IMG/VR virus record: IMGVR_UViG_3300021387_000125
Span: 2,762 to 66,761 of that record
DNA: 64,000 nt
From: a virus
Taxonomy: Duplodnaviria > Caudoviricetes
Direction: 5' to 3' (one strand)
Below are positions 20,317-27,595 of this stretch, piece by piece. The notes under the pieces were generated by a model. The model saw nothing but the letters and a program-made list of their open reading frames with translations, searched no databases and was not told the origin of the DNA. The position numbers and the translations under genes are program-made. The first letter of the stretch is position 1. Every line of letters begins with the position of its first letter.

Positions 20317-20332
20317 TGTTTCACGTGGAACA
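20317..20332. promoter_or_regulatory. parS: parS site (perfect)
   Basis: TGTTTCACGTGGAACA. Confidence 0.85.
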
Positions 20333-20542
20333 TTAACTCGCTTGCTGTCTGTTTCTAAGGTTTCCTGTGTCCTTGTGTTTAATCTCTCAATGAGGATATT
20401 TATCTATTATTATATACTTATTTATTATATCTTGTATATTGTAATATAATAGGATAGATTATATTAGTTTTTTATATATACTAACTATCTATCCTACTAT
20501 CTTTATTATCCCGCCGAAGTTGTTCAGGATTATATATTGTTA

Positions 20543-21088
20543 TTATTCACCTCTTTTCTTTAGTATTGTTTCTTTATCTTCTTTATGTGCTATAGGTAAA
20601 AACATAGCTATTGCTTCATCATTCTCCCACATTATTACCGCCGACTTGTTTTGCTTATTTACTGTGGCTGTGAATGTTATATTATCTGGTACTTTCTTTG
20701 TTACAGGTTTATTATAGAATTGCTCAAAGAACCGAGCATTAATCCATATATCTGCTTTTTTACCATCTGTAAATCGTACTACTCGCTTTTTATCTAACTC
20801 AAATATTTCCTCTATGAACACTTCTTTATGCCCACGCTCTTCGGCTGTATGCGCAATAAGTCTTTCTAATGGAGCTTCTTTATTTATCATAGGGAGCAAA
20901 TCTGTTCCTAATACCTTCGGCAATAATTCTTTCTCCACTCTGAAAACATAATGAGCTTCATAACAAACATACCCATATTTCTCATCTGAGTTATAATCAA
21001 ACATAAACTTTGTAGGATAATATTGATAATTCCCACCATCTATAAAATAATCCAACGCGTTCTGCAATCTTTTTACTGATAATTCCAT
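20543..21088 (-). CDS. Hypothetical protein
   Basis: 181 aa, GGAGG RBS. Confidence 0.7.
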   Translation of the reverse strand: MELSVKRLQNALDYFIDGGNYQYYPTKFMFDYNSDEKYGYVCYEAHYVFRVEKELLPKVLGTDLLPMINKEAPLERLIAHTAEERGHKEVFIEEIFELDKKRVVRFTDGKKADIWINARFFEQFYNKPVTKKVPDNITFTATVNKQNKSAVIMWENDEAIAMFLPIAHKEDKETILKKRGE

Positions 21089-21110
21089 ATGCTTACCTCC
21101 TAATTAATCT

Positions 21111-21377
21111 TTATACATCCTGCTCTTTTACCAATTGTAATTCAAGTACCGGTATTCCATTTTCATATATTCGTACTAAACCAAAATCTCCGTCTACCAA
21201 ATATCTATGCTTTGCTGATAGATACTTTTTATCCACTAAAAAGCTTATTAGGTATGGGTCATTGTTTATTACATAATCATGAATTTCTTCCTTACCAACT
21301 ATTCGTCTATCAACACATTCCTCATACTCATCTATCATATGCCAATTACTCAACCAATATATTTTCCACTCTGTCAT
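21111..21377 (-). CDS. Hypothetical protein
   Basis: 88 aa, RBS, coupled to neighbours. Confidence 0.6.
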   Translation of the reverse strand: MTEWKIYWLSNWHMIDEYEECVDRRIVGKEEIHDYVINNDPYLISFLVDKKYLSAKHRYLVDGDFGLVRIYENGIPVLELQLVKEQDV

Positions 21378-21580
21378 TACATATTCTCCTTTCTAACTCT
21401 TCTGGTTCTTATCGTACAAGATATAAGCTGTGGTAAATATCCTGCTTTCTTCTCATTCATATATGTTTTCCAATCTTCATAAGCTTCTTTTCTAGTATTA
21501 TAGGTACACTCTGCTTCTGGACCATATCCATAATCTGTAACTAAATCATATACATCATATGTTTTCCTTATATAACTCAT
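21377..21580 (-). CDS. Hypothetical protein
   Basis: 67 aa, GGAGG RBS. Confidence 0.6.
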   Translation of the reverse strand: MSYIRKTYDVYDLVTDYGYGPEAECTYNTRKEAYEDWKTYMNEKKAGYLPQLISCTIRTRRVRKENM

Positions 21581-21581
21581 A

Positions 21582-21794
21582 TTATACCTCCTCCATATAT
21601 CTAACTATTCCGCACACTACGTCCCACGCACTCTCTATCTTTAAGCAACGAAGGAAAGGTTCGTTGTGCTTGCATACATCACATTTATTTCCATTATCAA
21701 CATAATAGTTTACTGATAATCCTAATTCAGGATTATTCTTTATTGTTACCTCTATCCATCTCATTCTCATTTCCTCATCACTTGTAAAATACAT
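21582..21794 (-). CDS. Hypothetical protein
   Basis: 70 aa, AAGGAG RBS, first gene after a promoter. Confidence 0.6.
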   Translation of the reverse strand: MYFTSDEEMRMRWIEVTIKNNPELGLSVNYYVDNGNKCDVCKHNEPFLRCLKIESAWDVVCGIVRYMEEV

Positions 21795-21851
21795 ATTATT
21801 TCTCCTTTCTTTGATAGATTATATCGTTATCTATTCTTTATTTCTAATTAT

Positions 21852-21918
21852 ATTATAGCCTGGTAATATATGCTTGTATATAGCAAATTTCTGCGAATTA
21901 TATCAAAATTCTGTCATA
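21852..21918 (-). promoter_or_regulatory. Promoter with two 21-bp upstream repeats
   Basis: TGACAGAATTTTGATATAATT-CGCAGAAATTTG then TATACA-N17-TATAAT. Confidence 0.7.
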
Positions 21919-21982
21919 TAGTAAAAATGCACAAAAAGCCCGGTTTTTAATTTTTCCGACTTTTTGTGCAAATTATACAATA

Positions 21983-22150
21983 CTACCATCCTCTAAATTC
22001 CAATCTTAGAGCTGTCTGTTGATACTCATTTAATTCCAAATAATCTTTATATGTTAGATTATGAATTTTCTTTAACCATTCCTCAAATGTTATAGAGCGT
22101 TTTACTGTTTTATTTCTTTTTCCAGAATAATGTCTTTTATAATATCCCAT
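21983..22150 (-). CDS. Hypothetical 55-aa basic protein
   Basis: Manual translation MGYYKRHYSGK...; followed by hairpin TGCACAAAAAG/CTTTTTGTGCA. Confidence 0.5.
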   Translation of the reverse strand: MGYYKRHYSGKRNKTVKRSITFEEWLKKIHNLTYKDYLELNEYQQTALRLEFRGW

Positions 22151-22153
22151 ATC

Positions 22154-22375
22154 TTAATACCTCCCATAACTATAATCTTTATATACTTCCATATAATTTA
22201 CAACCATTTCCTCATCTAATATGTTTCTAACTATTTTCACTTGTTCGTCCAAAACATTTTTCATAGTGAACATAAACGCTCCTACAAAAATTCCTTCAAA
22301 TAAGCAATAACCTTTAACTTTTTTGTATAGCTCCAGCTTTTCTGCTGGAGCTAAGTCTCTTACAAATCTTGCCAT
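22154..22375 (-). CDS. Hypothetical protein
   Basis: 73 aa, GGAGG RBS. Confidence 0.6.
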   Translation of the reverse strand: MARFVRDLAPAEKLELYKKVKGYCLFEGIFVGAFMFTMKNVLDEQVKIVRNILDEEMVVNYMEVYKDYSYGRY

Positions 22376-22378
22376 ATA

Positions 22379-22681
22379 TTAATCCCTCCCAACTACTTCT
22401 TCCACCTGAGCTAACATATCCATTCTGTCCCAATATATACAGAACGCTTCTGCTCTGGAATGTCCTTGACTTACTAGATATTCAACTTCCACATAATCCT
22501 TAACATAATTGAGACAATCTTCCAACTTATCTGCTGGATGTAATTCTACTCCTCTTAACGCTTTGTTAAGTTTTCCATTTTCATCAATGTACTTATCCTC
22601 AACTGCACAGAATAAATCCTGATGCTTTACTATTACAAAGTGTCTTCCTCTTACTGAATAATCCTTAACTACTACTTTCAT
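22379..22681 (-). CDS. Hypothetical protein
   Basis: 100 aa, AAGGAG RBS after a promoter. Confidence 0.65.
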   Translation of the reverse strand: MKVVVKDYSVRGRHFVIVKHQDLFCAVEDKYIDENGKLNKALRGVELHPADKLEDCLNYVKDYVEVEYLVSQGHSRAEAFCIYWDRMDMLAQVEEVVGRD

Positions 22682-22739
22682 ATTTTAGCTCCTTTCTTTG
22701 ATAACATAATATCGTTATCTATTGTTTATTTCTAATTGT

Positions 22740-22803
22740 ATTATAAGCTGGAAAAGACAGAATGTAAATCTCAACATTCTGTCTTTTATATCAAATTTCT
22801 GCT
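22740..22803 (-). promoter_or_regulatory. Promoter with GACAGAA repeats and a palindrome over the -35
   Basis: TTTACA-N17-TATAAT; AAGACAGAATGT/ACATTCTGTCTT inverted repeat straddles the -35. Confidence 0.7.
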
Positions 22804-23125
22804 ATGCTTCCATTTTGTACTGTTTATAATAGGATGCATAATATTTTCCATTTTTCATATAGTCTTTTAACATAATATATCCAGTTGCTGTATCTTCCAT
22901 ATCTTCTTCCGTTTCCCAAAATTCTCCAACTATTACATAATCATCTACTACTTTCGGAATATCGTACATATTCACAAAATATGGATGTTGTGTGCTTTTA
23001 AAGAAATGGTAAGCATAAATTTCCGCATTTATAATTTCAGCCATTTGCTCTACATTCTCTGCTTCATTTTTTACCCTACGTACAATTTGGCAAATATCAT
23101 ACCCATCATCAATAAATCCTGACAT
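22802..23125 (-). CDS. Hypothetical protein
   Basis: 107 aa, AAGGAGG RBS. Confidence 0.65.
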   Translation of the reverse strand: MSGFIDDGYDICQIVRRVKNEAENVEQMAEIINAEIYAYHFFKSTQHPYFVNMYDIPKVVDDYVIVGEFWETEEDMEDTATGYIMLKDYMKNGKYYASYYKQYKMEA

Positions 23126-23244
23126 ATCTTAATCCTCCTTCAATCTATACTTATTCCTATGAGTCTCTTCTAGCTCGCAAAGAGCTAGAAGATTTCCTAT
23201 TATATTTTCCTTATATACTATATAACTTATTATGATTGTAAGTA

Positions 23245-23733
23245 TTAATCCTGGCATTTTTTAGCCTCCTTTTTCACATTTCCATATCTATCAAAAGTTA
23301 CTCTATTATATTCCAAATTATCATCTAATAAGTCACACACTAAACGTGAACCTTTTGCCATATAACTTGCCTGTAAATCCAATAATTCAAAACGCTTCTT
23401 ATACTCGTTATCTTTTGGCACTTTTTTAATCATCAGCACTTTACACAATCCAGAGTTTGTAAACTCTGCCTTATTATCATAACTGGCTGTTATCCAATTA
23501 GTACGCTGTAAAGAGTCTATAAGAACCTCTGGAGTTATTTGTGCTCCATTTTTTAGCATCTTCAATATACGCCTACATAACCATTTTGCATAATGTAAGG
23601 TGATATAATATTCCCTATTCTCTTCAGGAATATGCTGTTCTTTACTTCTGGACGATTTGTATTCATACAAGTTTCCTTGCTCTGCATCAAATCCCATATA
23701 CATATTATCAATAACTTCCTTAGTTATGTACAC
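23245..23733 (-). CDS. Hypothetical protein
   Basis: 162 aa, GTG start, GGAGGTG RBS. Confidence 0.65.
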   Translation of the reverse strand: MYITKEVIDNMYMGFDAEQGNLYEYKSSRSKEQHIPEENREYYITLHYAKWLCRRILKMLKNGAQITPEVLIDSLQRTNWITASYDNKAEFTNSGLCKVLMIKKVPKDNEYKKRFELLDLQASYMAKGSRLVCDLLDDNLEYNRVTFDRYGNVKKEAKKCQD

Positions 23734-23745
23734 TACATCACCTCC

Positions 23746-24015
23746 TTACATTCCTGCTCTGATACACTCATCCAGATATATACGATTTCCGTTATATCTG
23801 AAATACGCTCTGGCATCCCCGTAAGGAGACTTTAATCCAACTGTATAATGAACTTTGCTCCTATGTACAGACTTATTACTGCACCAAGCTCCAGCTACGA
23901 ATACGATATAATCATCTATACCATACTGAATTTCCTTAATTTCAATTCCCGAATATCCTGAATAATACCCAACATATTCCTTCTCCAGATAATATTGCTT
24001 CTCCTGTTTAGTCAT
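23746..24015 (-). CDS. Hypothetical protein
   Basis: 89 aa, AAGGAG RBS. Confidence 0.65.
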   Translation of the reverse strand: MTKQEKQYYLEKEYVGYYSGYSGIEIKEIQYGIDDYIVFVAGAWCSNKSVHRSKVHYTVGLKSPYGDARAYFRYNGNRIYLDECIRAGM

Positions 24016-24033
24016 AGCTAATCTCCTTTCTTA

Positions 24034-24327
24034 CTACTCATCAAGTAGTACCACATATGTATTATCCGCTGTCCTAATCTTTGTAGCTTCGTGTCCTTCA
24101 AATGAGAATTCCCAAGCTACAGAAAACTTATATCCACTTGCTGAGATAATTCTAAAATTATCTCCTTTGTCCTCAACTTTTTCTCTGAGACAATCCTCAT
24201 ATGCTTCTGCCTTCTTCTGGGAGAATGTTGTATAAACATTATACAGACTTCTTCCTAAATCTGTCTCAGCTCTTTTAATAAGCTCCTGTCCTCTTCTTGT
24301 ACTTCCTTTAATTATTGTTGTTTTCAT
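24034..24327 (-). CDS. Hypothetical protein
   Basis: Start moved to MKTT by AAGGAG RBS. Confidence 0.65.
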   Translation of the reverse strand: MKTTIIKGSTRRGQELIKRAETDLGRSLYNVYTTFSQKKAEAYEDCLREKVEDKGDNFRIISASGYKFSVAWEFSFEGHEATKIRTADNTYVVLLDE

Positions 24328-24383
24328 ATTTTCTCCTTTCTGTTGTGCTCTGCACAACTTAAAACGATTTATTTTATGATTTA

Positions 24384-24448
24384 ATTGTATCTAGGTAAGA
24401 ATATCTTGTATATAAGAAATTTCTGTCAATTATATCAATTTTCTGTCA
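24384..24448 (-). promoter_or_regulatory. Promoter with two 21-bp upstream repeats
   Basis: TGACAGAAAATTGATATAAT-TGACAGAAATTT then TATACA-N17-TACAAT. Confidence 0.7.
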
Positions 24449-24736
24449 TCACATATTATGTGATTCCATATAAGCTAAAGCTTCCTCTTTAGTATTAAAT
24501 TTTACATCAACTAACCGTTTACCAAAGCTTCCAGGTCTTCCCGTATCGTGTATAGTGTAGTAGGTATCTCTCCAATATCCTTCACGCACTAAACTATATG
24601 TTCTATGCGGAGTATACACAAACAATCCAACCCAACCTATATTAGTATGTGATACTCTACAATATTCTGTGCTGGCATTTTTATCTGCCTCATCCAAAGC
24701 TTTTGCATATTCATATACATTAGGTTCTCCATACAT
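24449..24736 (-). CDS. Hypothetical protein
   Basis: Start probably MYGEP (GAAAGGTG RBS). Confidence 0.55.
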   Translation of the reverse strand: MYGEPNVYEYAKALDEADKNASTEYCRVSHTNIGWVGLFVYTPHRTYSLVREGYWRDTYYTIHDTGRPGSFGKRLVDVKFNTKEEALAYMESHNM

Positions 24737-24785
24737 AATAATCACCTTTCTCCCCGGTAAGTCTGATAGGACAACTTTTAAAGAT

Positions 24786-25115
24786 TTATATTTCCTCAAA
24801 CCAACTAACTACACAATCAGCATCCAGCTCAAACATTATATTTAAGATAGGATTGTCATCATATCCTTCCCATCTATCTGGGTTAGAATGTTCGTATATA
24901 TCATTGGCAACAATCTCTAACTGGTCAACAAGCTCTGCTGGATTAAATGCATATGACTCTACCAATACTCCTAACTTATCGTCAAAGTGCTCTGCACAGC
25001 ATAGACAATTTAACATATTGGTATACTCTTCACAGGTTCCTCTGGTGTACCAGTCTTGCTGTATACATTTATTTCTTACCTTATAACTATCAATCCTTGA
25101 ATACTTAATTATCAT
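24786..25115 (-). CDS. Hypothetical protein
   Basis: 109 aa, AAGGAG RBS. Confidence 0.65.
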   Translation of the reverse strand: MIIKYSRIDSYKVRNKCIQQDWYTRGTCEEYTNMLNCLCCAEHFDDKLGVLVESYAFNPAELVDQLEIVANDIYEHSNPDRWEGYDDNPILNIMFELDADCVVSWFEEI

Positions 25116-25231
25116 TTTATTTATCTCCTTTCCTTTATCACTTTAGATTTTAATAATCAGTAGTAGTACCTCTCCTCTTTTGAAATTTATAACCTACCAA
25201 CTACTAATGTCGTGATATATTCTTTAAGTAT

Positions 25232-25298
25232 AGTATAGTTTGGACAATAAAACTTGTAAATATCAAAATTCTGTCATTTTATATCAAAATTCTGTCAT
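25232..25298 (-). promoter_or_regulatory. Promoter with two 21-bp upstream repeats
   Basis: TGACAGAATTTTGATATAAAA-TGACAGAATTTTGATA then TTTACA-N17-TATACT. Confidence 0.75.
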
Positions 25299-25448
25299 AG
25301 CTATTTTCCAAGCTCGTATAAGCGTTTTTTAGCGTGTTTTTGTGTGCGTGTATATAATAGTAGAAAAAATGCAAAAAATCGCTTTAAAAAGCTTGTAAAC
25401 GCGCTAAAATACTAGCTTTTTGCACGTTTTCAAAATTGTTTCCAAAGT

Positions 25449-25484
25449 AAAAAAAACATATGAGCACCGGTTCATATGTTTTTT
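25449..25484. terminator. Bidirectional terminator-like hairpin
   Basis: AAAAAAACATATGA GCACCGGT TCATATGTTTTTT. Confidence 0.6.
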
Positions 25485-25521
25485 GAGTCGACCACTTTTT
25501 TATATATACGTGCGAGCGTAA

Positions 25522-25546
25522 ACGTGCAACGAACTATAATGACTCC
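25522..25546 (+). repeat. 25-bp dispersed direct repeat, copy 2
   Basis: ACGTGCAACGAACTATAATGACTCC, 2 mismatches to copy 1. Confidence 0.8.
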
Positions 25547-25575
25547 GACTCTTAGTGAAAATTTTTTACATAGTA

Positions 25576-25607
25576 AAAGACACACTAGGTGGGGCTAGTG
25601 TGTCTTT
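25576..25607. terminator. Terminator downstream of terS
   Basis: AAAGACACACTAG GTGGGG CTAGTGTGTCTTT hairpin. Confidence 0.65.
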
Positions 25608-25641
25608 CTTAGAAGGAAAAAGCAATATGGATAAAAGTGCT

Positions 25642-26223
25642 TTAATCTGATAATTGTTGTATATCTACTACTGTATCTGGTTCTTCATTCCTGCTCATAT
25701 CTATATTTACTACTACTTGTTGAGCTTGTGTTTGTTTTCCACGCTCAACATCATCTATAAGTACTTTCTTTAATTCTCTTGCGGCGGCTGTACGCTCTGA
25801 TAGTGGCGCATCTAAATCAAATTGGTCTTTAACTTCTCCACGCATTACCGCTGTAAAGTATTCTAATACTTCTTGTCTATCTGCTATACATTCACTCGCA
25901 TATATCTCTGTTCTATATGCTATCTCATCCAATATATAATCTGTCTTTAATAGTTTACGAGCCTTACCAGCTATATCTTTTACTTTAAATCCGGCTTTTT
26001 GTACAGCTTCTTTACCATCATAATTTACCATATATGCATCTATGAAACGTGCTTCCCTAAATGTTAAAGGATGCATATTATGTGTTACATATCCAGTTCT
26101 ATAAGTTTCTGTCTGAGTTATTGGTTTTGCATCTGTATTATAGCTATTAATTCTAGGCTTTTTTCCAAGCTCATACTTAGACACTATATCTTTGGAAAGT
26201 CTAGCAATCTTATCTTCTTTCAC
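25642..26223 (-). CDS. terS: Terminase small subunit
   Basis: LT.RE.RF.DAY...AVQKAGF...A..LL...IADRQEVLEYFTAVMRGE...L.ER.AAA.EL pattern. Confidence 0.85.
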   Translation of the reverse strand: MKEDKIARLSKDIVSKYELGKKPRINSYNTDAKPITQTETYRTGYVTHNMHPLTFREARFIDAYMVNYDGKEAVQKAGFKVKDIAGKARKLLKTDYILDEIAYRTEIYASECIADRQEVLEYFTAVMRGEVKDQFDLDAPLSERTAAARELKKVLIDDVERGKQTQAQQVVVNIDMSRNEEPDTVVDIQQLSD

Positions 26224-26549
26224 TTAATCACATCCTCATAAGTTATTTTATCTCGTATCTTTATATTCTCCCACAACTCGTTGTCTGTAGGTAATTCTTT
26301 ACCTAACCACGTATACCATAAATCTCTTAAATAGAGTATTATTTGAAGCTGAGAATAAGTACTAAATATCTCCACGCTATCGCTTCTATGAGTATCGTAA
26401 TTAATCTCAGCTTTTCTAAGGCAATACTTGGTTACTGGCATTTGTTTATCCACAGAGTAGAATTGATTAGTAGTATAAAGTATTCTAAACGGACAGTTTG
26501 TATTGATTGCCAACTGTAGTTTTTTAATTGTCTTTATATTACTTGCCAT
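26220..26549 (-). CDS. Hypothetical protein
   Basis: 109 aa, coupled to terS. Confidence 0.65.
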   Translation of the reverse strand: MASNIKTIKKLQLAINTNCPFRILYTTNQFYSVDKQMPVTKYCLRKAEINYDTHRSDSVEIFSTYSQLQIILYLRDLWYTWLGKELPTDNELWENIKIRDKITYEDVIK

Positions 26550-26582
26550 TATCTACGACCTTTTCTTTTTCCGCCTCTTGTT

Positions 26583-26846
26583 CTAGTCGCTCTTCTCTTC
26601 TTCTTTACTGTCTGTGTCGCTTTCGCCATCAATCTCACCTCCAATAGTCTGAGTAATATCATTATCCTCTGCATCTTCAACAGTTTGTGTATATGTAGTC
26701 TCTTCGATAGGTAAAGTTATATACCAAACAAAACCTATAATTGTAGCAAACCACAAGCACACTACTACTATAAATGCAATAAACCATCTTCTGGAAGTTG
26801 TTTTAAGCTCTTTCAACATTTCAGTTGCCAATGTTTCATTTTCCAT
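26583..26846 (-). CDS. Single-pass membrane protein
   Basis: RRWFIAFIVVVCLWFATIIGFVWY hydrophobic segment, acidic tail. Confidence 0.65.
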   Translation of the reverse strand: MENETLATEMLKELKTTSRRWFIAFIVVVCLWFATIIGFVWYITLPIEETTYTQTVEDAEDNDITQTIGGEIDGESDTDSKEEEKSD

Positions 26847-26889
26847 ATTATTCTCCCCTCTATTAGTTTAACATATTATGTAAACTAAT

Positions 26890-27066
26890 TCAAACTCTCT
26901 TTTGCTTCTTATGTACATTAACTAAAGTCTCAATTCCAGTATGTATATTAACTACCTTTATGTTATGCTCATCTACTGTGTATGCAAACATATAGTCTTT
27001 AGGGTCTAACCCATTTCCCAATACGATTGCTTTCTGGTCTCTAGTTAGTCTTTTGCCTCTTTTCAT
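26890..27066 (-). CDS. Small hypothetical protein (DUF6906-like)
   Basis: Manual translation MKRGKRLTRDQKAIVLGNGLDPKDY..., 58 aa, GAGGTGGG RBS. Confidence 0.55.
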   Translation of the reverse strand: MKRGKRLTRDQKAIVLGNGLDPKDYMFAYTVDEHNIKVVNIHTGIETLVNVHKKQKRV

Positions 27067-27205
27067 TCCCCACCTCTAATAAATTTATTGTATGTTTTGA
27101 GTGTTTAGATTTTTCTAAACACACTTTACCGTATCCAATTTTTCTAGCTTCTTCTGTCTTTAGTTTTCTATTGCACCTTAAACATCTGTTATATAACTGT
27201 TCCAT
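27041..27205 (-). CDS. DUF6011-like Zn-binding protein
   Basis: RC.RCNRKL....RKIGYG.VC; start moved to MEQLY (AAGGAG RBS). Confidence 0.65.
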   Translation of the reverse strand: MEQLYNRCLRCNRKLKTEEARKIGYGKVCLEKSKHSKHTINLLEVGNEKRQKTN

Positions 27206-27219
27206 TTTATTCTCCTTAT

Positions 27220-27291
27220 CGGGGGTAGTAGGACTCGAACCTACGAATATATGAGCCAAAATCATATGCCTTACCACTTGGCGATACCCCT
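27220..27291 (-). tRNA. trnQ: tRNA-Gln(UUG)
   Basis: AGGGGTA-TC-GCCAAGTGGTAAGGC-A-TATGA-TTTTGGC-TCATA...GTAGG-TTCGAGT-CCTAC-TACCCCC-G; anticodon TTG; CCA not encoded. Confidence 0.9.
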
Positions 27292-27460
27292 ATGTGTGAG
27301 TTTTCCACCGCAGTGACGCAACTCACAGACGCTCTGTACAGATTGGAGGTTATCCCAAGTCCTGTCTGCTAACCTACCTTAAACGTAACGCCTCGTTGCA
27401 TTATTTTGCTAAATGTAGATTGTACACTCTACATTAAGTGGTGAACGGATAGCCACTCCA

Positions 27461-27518
27461 CTTGCGTGTGTGGGAGTCGAACCCACCAGCTCAAAGCACA
27501 CCTCATGCATACACGCAA
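27461..27518 (-). ncRNA. tRNA-like mini-RNA lacking an anticodon arm
   Basis: 8-bp stem TTGCGTGT/ACACGCAA, T-arm GTGGG-TTCGACT-CCCAC, only 24 nt in between; promoter about 25 nt upstream. Confidence 0.5.
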
Positions 27519-27542
27519 CTAATGAAATACGTCAGTATAATC

Positions 27543-27571
27543 ATTATACTACGATATAACTAAACTGTCAA
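27543..27571 (-). promoter_or_regulatory. Consensus sigma-A promoter for the RNA cluster
   Basis: TTGACA-N17-TATAAT. Confidence 0.8.
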
Positions 27572-27595
27572 CGTACAACGAACTTTAATGACTTC
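27571..27595 (+). repeat. 25-bp dispersed direct repeat, copy 3
   Basis: ACGTACAACGAACTTTAATGACTTC, 1 mismatch to copy 1. Confidence 0.8.

Noticed and set aside
19720-20340. Repeats resembling a CRISPR array
   Set aside because: Repeats are short, of several types and irregularly spaced; no constant repeat-spacer structure or cas1/cas2
21852-25298. Spo0A boxes in the promoter repeats
   Set aside because: TGACAGAA does not match TGNCGAA
27200-27300. attP/integration site at the tRNA
   Set aside because: No integrase or bacterial flanking DNA in the window
27461-27518. tmRNA (one- or two-piece)
   Set aside because: No G3-U70 pair, no tag ORF, no encoded CCA; both acceptor halves flank only 41 nt
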